The notes under the pieces were generated by a model, which was not told where the DNA came from, ran no database searches, and saw only the letters and a list, made by a program, of their open reading frames with translations. Source: Schmidtea nova (Eukaryota). From it: 64,000 nt of DNA. The stretch lies in the NCBI GenBank assembly GCA_044892505.1, contig CM097882.1, positions 394,258,001 through 394,322,000 of the forward strand, written 5' to 3'. Positions 26,906-36,120 of the stretch are shown piece after piece; position 1 is the first letter of the stretch; the number at the start of each line of letters is the position of its first letter. Both the position numbers and the translations under genes were made by a program.

Positions 26906-27121
26906 CGGAAATTAATCGGAGCTGGATGCGGCGAACCACTTAGGAATTTTTATTATTATGATTAAACTCATTTAAGATTGAACTTATGAAAAAATTTTAA
27001 TTTTATAATTACAACATTCCTTTTATCATTATTAAAATTAGAAAAATAGGAAAATCTGATATTGCATACACCAAAGGCATAAATTAGGGCCAAACTATTA
27101 AGGTGTCTATAATTACAATTT

Positions 27122-27158
<37 letters not shown>

Positions 27159-27573
27159 AAGATATACAAGGAGCAATGTAAATTTAAAATTATATTAAAA
27201 AATTTAATCAAAAATCTTTTTTGAAATGCAGAAAATGAAGTTATTATGCCTCAACTAGCCGAACCTGTATAAGGAAAACATTAGAAAATGTAAAATAAAT
27301 TTGAAATTTTAATTTCTAATTTAATTTTTCATAGATATACAGAACATGACAAAAATTCTTAATTGAAGTAGGGATACGGGATGAAGATTATGAAGAATCT
27401 TGCCGTCAAATGGGTTTCTAACATAAAAGTATCCAAAACATAGAGTCGAGGTGAAATAACTGGGCTGCCTACAACAGGGAAAAACGAAGAAAACACACAA
27501 GATGAAAAAGGAACACAATTATTGTCAAATAAAAATTATAATGACATACTTTTTTCCAGTTTTTCATAAATAT

Positions 27574-27627
<54 letters not shown>

Positions 27628-29469
27628 GGCAAAAACTGCAAATTGTTTTAATAAAGCAGTAACCCCATAAGTAGAGAACGCGCAAAATTCAATTTTAACC
27701 CAAACATTCATTGAAAACCAAAGTGATTAAGAGAAAACGTCAAAAAGGTGAAGTGGACTCAAGCACATTAACCAGTAGAGAACGCGCTAGCTGTGAATTT
27801 GCAAGTCCTTACATTGAAATCTCGAAAAAAATTAAAAGTCGTCAAAAGAAGAACGTTTGAAAGTTAGAATAGGCGGAAAACCCATAGAAAATGCCCATAA
27901 AGAACAGAATTTTGTCATAAACCTTCAGTGCAAAAAAAATAACAAAAAAATTTTAGAAGAAAATTGTGATTTTATCACAAAATTTCACATTTAACAATAA
28001 AAAGAACTAATATTGATCGAACTATCGTAAATTAAATCAAATCGAACAAATTTTGATTCAAAAATGAAAATTTTGAATTAAAATAAATTATTTGTGGTTT
28101 ATAAAAAATTATTACACAAAAATATGGATTTAATTTTTCGGAAAATCATTAGAATTATTTTAGAAGAATTAAAAAGAACATTCTAGAACAAATTGTTTTA
28201 CTGCACTAGTGAAGGTAACGCAAAATCGACGGTATATATACCGCCATCAAAATGGCAAGAATCAGAATTTTCGAGAAAAATTTAAGAATTTGGAGAAATT
28301 TTTAGAAAGTTGGAAGAACTTTTTAGAATTTAGAGGAAGAAATTTTAGAAATTTTGAGGAATCTTTAGAAATTTTGAGAAAATTTTAGAGAAAATTTTTA
28401 GAATTTGTGAACTTGTTATTTCGTGGAGAAAATTCTTTAGAGATTTTGGCAGAATTTTTGAATTTCTGAGACAGAGGAAGAAGACACTGATTCCCGGAAG
28501 ACGAAGATAAAAACGAGATTTTAGCAAAGAATTTTCGTTCGAATTTGAAGATTTTCCGGAATTTGCGAACCACTGAAAGAAATGTAAGGATTAATTTTCT
28601 TTTTTTTAACTTGTTTTTTAAGGGGTTTGGGATCGTCGATCATCATGCCTGACGACCATCCCATTCCTCGCGCTTATTAATTGATATGGTGTTTGTTATT
28701 ATTATTTTTAATTAATGCTAACACATTATTATGATATTATTAAAATAAATATTTATTTCATATTTTATTCAATTTAGTTTTAAATTTTTTTTCTTGTTGT
28801 TATTACTATTATCACAAATTTCCAAAATAATTAAAATTTCATATAAGCATTCATCTAAATAAAAATACGAAAAATAAAATTTTTTTTATTATTCCCATAT
28901 CTTCTGACGATTCGTCCAGCCTTGCGTTGTGCGGATTTGTTAGTAGCCTGGGTGGATCGTTGTCTGATTGGTAATCGGCCAGCCCATTTGTCCACTTTAA
29001 GGTGAGGCTCATACATCCATAATCACGTCATCCCAACTGGGGAATCGTGGTATGGCCAAGAGCAAGAAATTTTTATAATAATGATTTTTATTATAATATA
29101 GTAGAATATTCATACTACATTACATAAGCAATTCGTAACATAGCATAAATTCATCCAGCTCATGTCTTGAGATCTAAAATAGGCACTACATTACCAAATA
29201 TAATAGACTCGCACTCACCTTCGCCTTCACGGAAACTTTTCCGGCTTATTAGAATTCATTATATGTGAAATCAGAAATCAATAAAAATTGCTCAAACGAA
29301 AACCATTTATTGAATAATGAACTAGGTAAAGGAGCGACGAATTGTTGATTGAAAGATTATTGGTCGCGCCCGCTCTTAAAATATTTTAGGATTATTAAAT
29401 AATAATTAAAATAATTAATGGGGTGCTTGAACGCTGTGAGAGATTGTAGGGCGAGCCTGGAAGCCGAAA

Positions 29470-29497
29470 GCCGTTAGACGGTCTTATCGAAATCTAT
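29470..29497 (+). other. 3'-truncated spliced-leader copy, cassette C
   Basis: GCCGTTAGACGGTCTTATCGAAATCTAT matches SL1 nt 1-28 exactly as I recall it; preceded by a duplicated AAGCCG. Confidence 0.88.
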
Positions 29498-29498
29498 C

Positions 29499-29577
29499 TC
29501 ATTCATAACCTGTTCTTACAAAGAAGTTCGCCTAGAAGCTGTCATAACCTGCGCTAAATTACTTACGCCTTCGCTTG
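29499..29577 (+). pseudogene. MTOR: Short mTOR HEAT-repeat fragment
   Basis: SFITCSYKEVRLEAVITCAKLLTPSL resembles human FLNSEHKEIRMEAARTCSRLLTPSI. Confidence 0.7.
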
Positions 29578-29621
29578 GCGCCAATGAAGATGAAGGATCA
29601 TACTCTGACAGAAACACGCTA

Positions 29622-29795
29622 ACCGATAAGCTTGTTGGTAATAGAACTCGTGCAATTCTTCTTCAGTTTCTTCCATTAATATTTCTGAGTTCTATAAAAG
29701 ACAGTCCGGAGACATTTGCTCGTCTCTGTGACAGCCGACATGAGAGTCCTGAGCTCATTTGGAATGAGGATACTGGACAGTGTTTGTCTGCAGTG
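29622..29795 (+). pseudogene. DNAJC13: Internal DNAJC13/RME-8 fragment, in frame with the mTOR fragment
   Basis: TDKLVGNRTRAILLQFLPLIFLSSIKDSPETFARLCDSRHESPELIWNEDT resembles human [51 protein letters not shown]. Confidence 0.8.
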
Positions 29796-30585
29796 TTCTT
29801 TGAGGGAAAGTCCGCATATTTTGGGGATGGGAAAGGTGATGCATCGAGAAAGTGTGCGAACATGCGAGTATGTGTGCATTCGACGTCGGAAATAGGAGCG
29901 CAGTCTTTGCGAGTATTGCGGGAATTTGGACACTTCTTGAATTGAACAGCTCACAAGCACGTTTATTGAAAGAAAGGTGGCAGCTAAATAAATTCTATGT
30001 TCTTTCTGGAAAAGCGACTGATTGAATGAATAATAAAGTTCATAAGAACTAAAAATGTAATCTTTCAAAGATATACATTTGGTGATATATATGAGCATAT
30101 TAAATTGATGTTGTAATTTTTGTTTGTGTTTTTCGTTACGCTTTGAGTCTATATTGATTTGATTTATTAATAATAATTGGCAAGTTGCAAATTATATATT
30201 TATGTCCCGGTATGTAATGATTGATGGGTTCTACTTTTTATTATTGAGTGTAAAGTTAATATGTTGGATTTAATGATAGATTGATTTCTATGATACGATT
30301 TTTCTACTATTATTTGCCAAAAAGGACTTTTGAATTTAAAACTTAATTTATTATTTTGGGTAGACTTTGAATTAATTTTGAATTAATTTAGAATTAATTT
30401 AATTATGAATTTATGTGTTGTTTATTTAAATTAGTTTAATGTTGGAAAACTTAATTTTTTGAATTGTTATTTTTATTTTAGCTGAATAACTGTATGAATG
30501 ATGGTATCGTGGATATATTTGAATTGAATGTTTTTGTTATGAGCTTTTTTGGGATTTCTAGAGTGGAAGTTTTTCGGTCAAATTA

Positions 30586-31209
30586 ATGGTTGATTATAAT
30601 TATGTTATGAATGTTAATGAGGAAATTCGAAATGATGAATTGAATGAATTCATAGTCGAAGTGGATATTACGTCTTCGTTTGGAGTTCAAGAGAAGATAT
30701 TGAATGGTGGTGAGAGAATGGTTGCATCAATTCAATGGCCAACTCTGATTGAAATAACGAATTCATTGAATCAAAATGTGTGGAAAGATAAAAACATATT
30801 AATGTATAAAGCGAACAAGAGTGATATTATATATGGCTTACGTAGAATAAATGTTCCCAATGAATATGTGCACCAAGTTGTAAAACGAACATTTTCTGTA
30901 TTGAATAATAATAGTTGTGAAATATATGTTTCATCGCCATTATCGCTCAGCTGTAATCTGAAACAAGATCTCAATGATGTTTTCCCGATAATTCGATGCT
31001 TATTTGTTGGTGGAATTTCAAATTCGAACTTAAAATTGCTTGAGCCGCCAAATCTTTTGGTTGGATTACCGACACAAATATTGACTTACTGTGCATTACA
31101 CGGGTTGAATGTAATTATCAATGCTGCTTATTTTGTTATGGAAACGAATAAAGATTATATGGCCGTTCAATCGATGATTTTACAATTATTATTTTTTATG
31201 AATTTTTAG
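30586..31209 (+). CDS. PSMG1: Proteasome assembly chaperone 1 (PAC1)-like ORF, 207 aa, intronless; captured copy or genuine gene is unresolved
   Basis: LKLLEPPNLLVGLPTQILTYCALHGLNVII resembles human PLLEQPNIVHDLPAAVLSYCQVWKIPAIL; sits after the G/T-rich spacer like the other second cargos. Confidence 0.65.
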   Translation: MVDYNYVMNVNEEIRNDELNEFIVEVDITSSFGVQEKILNGGERMVASIQWPTLIEITNSLNQNVWKDKNILMYKANKSDIIYGLRRINVPNEYVHQVVKRTFSVLNNNSCEIYVSSPLSLSCNLKQDLNDVFPIIRCLFVGGISNSNLKLLEPPNLLVGLPTQILTYCALHGLNVIINAAYFVMETNKDYMAVQSMILQLLFFMNF

Positions 31210-33735
31210 GTAAAAAATTCGAACCCTGTGGAAAATTTTGACGAAGAATATTATTAGATGATTTAAATCTTTTGCATGAATTTTTATCTTATTTTATTTA
31301 CGAAATTTTTAAATTTTACATTTTGTGGCATATTTAGTTTTAGATACTTGATTTTAGCATAAAAATTATTTATTTGATTTTGTAAAAAATTTATAACGGA
31401 TAAAGTAGAAATGGGAATATCAAATAACTAAAAGGATCCAGAAAAAGAATTGCAAAAAAAATATACACTTCCAATCTTCGATATTAGAAAAATTTTAATA
31501 TAATTGTAATTGTGAAATAGTATAAATTATCATTGTGATCTTGATGGAAAATATTATTTCATATATTAATCTCATGGAACGCAAATTAAGAGAAAAATTC
31601 TAATTCTACTTATTTAGATACTTATAATATAAAAATTTAAAATTTTATTGTAAAAATTTTATTAAACGGTTAAGAAAGTGTAAACCTTAAATTACAAAAA
31701 TTTATTACTATTATTTTAATTTAGGAATTATAAAATTTACTATTATTGTAATCTAGAAAGTATAAAATTTATTTTTATTTAGAAATTTTAATAGTTTGTA
31801 TTATTCTTTTAATTTGGAATTTAATTTATATATTATTTTATAAAATACCTCCCACAATATCACAAAATCATAATGCATCCATATTTGCAAAAACTTTCAT
31901 CCAATTCATTCATTAGTAACACCCATACTTAATACAATAGAAATACATTCAGTTACCAACACACACACACACTACCACATTTCAATCAATAGGATCTTCT
32001 ATGCTAAACAATATAATAAACAATACATCAACTCACCAACATACACAACGTGATTTCATCTCACAGTATTCACTAGCACCATACATCCAGACAATCCCCA
32101 CAGATATTCATACAATCACACCCATTGCTTATCGCCCATTGCAGTAGCATTCTTTCCGACTTACAAACACATACATTCACAACAATAGGATATCTTCCTC
32201 GATATATTGCAGTATTATTTCCATATTATATACACACGAGCCTACAATCACTACATTCATCAATAACATACGGTACCCATAAAACTTATTTCTAAAAAAG
32301 GATTGGTTAATTCTAATACCATGTGGTGAAATTCCCCATGTACGCAGACCTTCTATCGGTTAAATTGACCTACCCAGTGAACGGAGTAGTACCCTTCAGG
32401 AAAACTATAAAAGTCGTCAAATGACATTCGTACCCGTAATCAATTCCTCAATAAACTATTTTTAATTTTGACTCAGAAATTATTTTTAGTGTTTTTTTTC
32501 CGAAAAATATTGGAGAACAAATTTTTACTTGGATTAAGAATTATTTCGGGATTCAATTTTATAAAAATTCTCTTACATAAAGGCAAAATATTACCATAAC
32601 ATTATTCATGAATTACAAAAATTTTACCAGCTAAAAATTTTCTTGCATAAACATAAAATATTACCATAAAATTTATTTTATGAAATAAAAATACCAACTC
32701 AAGAAATTTAATCAAAAGACATCTTGATCAGAAAAAATCACGTATAATAATCCTAAAGTAATGATTTCTTCGGATAAATCCATGAGAACACTCCCCGAGA
32801 ATGGGGGTTCAATTCGAGAGATGCACGGGAATTCCTCATTGGTTTGATGATTATTCCATTTTTGAGAGTCAGCAAGAAGAGTCAAATTGTTGATTTTCTT
32901 GACGAAAGCTTGAATTACGATCCTTGAGGTGATGGCGACTTCACTGGGCTATGAATAATCCGTGTGGTGCTAGGAGTGGTTATGAGAAATTAAACAGGGA
33001 AAAGAAAAAATAAGAATTTACCTTTTTGTCCAATTGAAGATGAAATTCTCCACTTCTAAAATTATAAAAATGAATCGATAAATGTAAATTATGCAATAAA
33101 GCATACTATAGTGAATTCAACCAATAAGAACTGATTATTTTTTGCTCCCTGGTTATATATTTATGCTTCTCGTTTGGGGAACGCCGATATTTCTGGATAA
33201 AACTAACCCGAGACAGAGTTTCCTAATGTAACATTCTGTTTGGGACCTAAAGTAAAAATTAAATCTCCTAAATTCAGATAAAAATTTTTTAAACTTTAAA
33301 AGAAAATATATTATGAGGAAAAATCGTCACCGTTGTCGTTACTAAGGCCTCGGCGAAAATTCAAATATTATAATTATCGGATTTTTGATAAAAATTGAAC
33401 TAAAAATATAAAGCAAGTTAGACACTAGGTATAAGGGGTTAAAATCTTAGCTTGAGTTTTAATGAAAGGAAAAGTCCAAAAAATAGAAATTCTGCAATAA
33501 ATAAGCATTTAGACACAAATAAGAGAAATCAAATACGTGTTGATAAGAGATTTTCTTTTGATTCCCGAATTGAGATTTGATAAGCATATCCATGGAAAAC
33601 TCGCGATCGAATATGTGAGAGTTCCTTAACTTATTGTAATAATGAATGAACTAATTTAATTTTCGTGTATGATGATAAATGTGGTAATTATTGTGCGTTA
33701 ACCATTTTCAATATGTCTTAAGAGTTTGAACATTT

Positions 33736-34314
33736 TTGGCAATGAATCCAATGCAACAGATTGAGGAAATGCACAAGTTACTGCTCGAAAATGCAAAGCA
33801 CAATAAGAAGATCGACTCACGTTTGACCGAACTGGAAGCCAAAGGATCGTCCAAAACAGACGCACTCCAGCTGATGACCAGCCGAATCGAGAAATTTCGG
33901 GCCCGCTGTCGAGAGATGAAAGCGACATGGTCCGACAAAGAAACAGTAGACCGATTACGAAAGCAGAACCAACTGCTCATTCAACAAGCCGCCGAAGACG
34001 CAATGAGATTGCGGGCGTGTCGAGTCTCAATGCGAGAGCAGGAGCTCGCGAATGAGAAACTAAGGGTAGACAATGGCATCATCTCGGCCATACTACCGAA
34101 ATCTCAGCCTTCACCTCAGGAATTGTTCCCGGCGAGAGTGGAGGAAGAAATCGCCGCAGCAGCAGCTCCAACAAAGCCAAAGCGGTGGAGGCTCAGTAAA
34201 GGAGCCAGAGCCAGGAACAAGCGTCGCCAAGAAGCGCGAGTGCTAGGCCAGTTGAGTGTAGAGGCCTCGAAAATCATTGATTTCAACATTGATTTGACCA
34301 GTTCGCACATTTGA
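33736..34314 (+). CDS. Orphan 192-aa intronless ORF: coiled-coil N-terminus and Arg/Lys-rich C-terminus
   Basis: Uninterrupted ORF, about 50% GC by eye in a very AT-rich background; no family recognised. Confidence 0.6.
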   Translation: MAMNPMQQIEEMHKLLLENAKHNKKIDSRLTELEAKGSSKTDALQLMTSRIEKFRARCREMKATWSDKETVDRLRKQNQLLIQQAAEDAMRLRACRVSMREQELANEKLRVDNGIISAILPKSQPSPQELFPARVEEEIAAAAAPTKPKRWRLSKGARARNKRRQEARVLGQLSVEASKIIDFNIDLTSSHI

Positions 34315-35462
34315 CTTGATCCTGTAATAAATGTTATCTTATGTTACAATTATAAGTTTTCAATTATATTTTTTCATTGTTTGTTTGAATGAGGATACAG
34401 ATAAAAATAAAAGAGATCAAATAAATTACTTGATTAATAAATGAATCACGGCTTAGCGAAAATATTCAAATGGAAATCTTGTATTGAAAATCCACAGCGA
34501 TAGAGCGGTTAATTTAAAGGGACAAAAATGGGCAATAAACCTTCTATCGGTAGCCCTTGGACCCAGGAGATATTCGGTCAATCATAGTTTCGTATTAACG
34601 ACGCTCACTGATTGCGAATACCCACCCATTTGTTGCATTACCAACGTTACTTAGTGACGGGCAACAAGATGGTTATTACAATGTTTTGTATGTTGAGTTG
34701 TTGATACGAGCCATAGTAACGTCAAGGTCATATTGACGATCAACAACCCACCAATATAATAAATTGATTTTTAACTCAAGATAGTAAATAAATATAAAAT
34801 ATGCTAAAATAGCTTTAAAATATTGTTAAAAAAACAATTAATAATTATTACTCATTAACTGATCTTGATAAATGTCTTTGTGGCCATTAATTACAGACTG
34901 TTGATGTATTCTTGTTTATTCATATGTTAGAAAACACAATCTGTATCATGGAATAAATATTCTAAATTGAATTTTAGTATCAAAGATCATTAGTATAATT
35001 GAAAAAGCAGACATTTAAGTATTTGCATGATTATCGAGGTAAGTTTTGTAGAATTTCAAGTATTTTAGTATAATTATTAGTATCTTATTACGATATGTAA
35101 AAAGTATTGCAAAAGAATTATCTAGCTAATTAGGCAATAGCCAAAACGAAAAGAATCTTTCTAACTTTCTCTGATTGTTTGGCTAAAGTGTGAATAATAT
35201 TTTTGAAGGGAAGATGCTATTTTTGGTTACTATTATTGAATAGAAGCATTAGATACTATTATTATTTTTGATGTGACATTAATTATTAAGTTTCTGTTTG
35301 TTGATAAATTATTTGGTAGAAATTATAGAAAAATCACTTATTATCATCGAACTTTGTAAATTTAGAATCATTATTTTATCGTTAATATTATTATATTTCA
35401 TTACTTTAAAGGATGAAATGATTATTTTATTCGTAAATTTTGTGTTAAAACAATATGGATAA

Positions 35463-36056
35463 TGTAGGAATGCTAAAAGCAAATAAGATTTTATTAATAG
35501 AAATTGATCTCCAATTGACAAGTTGGTCTTTGGCAACCGGAAATCCTGACCGATGATAACAAGAGTTGAAATGAGCAAGCTCCATGACAGTCCGTATTGA
35601 TTGATTTCTGGTGATGGCGAATAATCGTTTAATCGAGATTGATTGTGATCCAATGTATTGATTTGTAGATTTTTTGAGTTATACATTTCAGATTTGTCTG
35701 GATAGTATATTAATATTGATCCAGTTGATGACAAGCATCTTCCAGTTTGTACGGCTTCTTTACGCATTCCAGCAGCGAAACATTTCTGCAATCTACGGAA
35801 CTGGCAATTGTTTCTTCTTTGAATATCGACTACACAATCTCCACTAGAGTAGAACTGATAATTGTTGTCATTTGATGAAAACGAGTCGCTGTGAATGTCT
35901 TGAGTGAATTGGCATATCGAATCATTGTTAACAGCTTGCATTTTTTTTGATCAGCGTGAAAAAGTGAAAATATATAAATATTAAAACAACATCTAATTTA
36001 ATCTATTTAATAATTAATTAATTTATAAAATTGGAAATTTAATCTAAGGCACTACA
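35463..36056 (-). repeat. 3' LTR (594 bp) containing a nuclear-receptor fragment
   Basis: tgtagtgcc...ttcctaca; three differences from the 5' LTR found by eye. Confidence 0.93.
35464..35941 (-). pseudogene. Nuclear hormone receptor fragment inside the 3' LTR (second zinc finger/T-box, hinge, start of LBD)
   Basis: CVVDIQRRNNCQFRRLQKCFAAGMRKEAVQ and LSIGDQFLLIKSY. Confidence 0.88.
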
Positions 36057-36120
36057 ATAGCCCCCGCCGAAGTACGCGGAGCGTCTCTAAGCTACAAAAT
36101 GGATTTGGGTGTTGGGTGAG

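Noticed and set aside
29361-29371. tggtcgcgccc as a tRNA primer-binding site
   Set aside because: It starts with TGG but matches no tRNA 3' end I recall, and it is not preceded by a CA-ending LTR.
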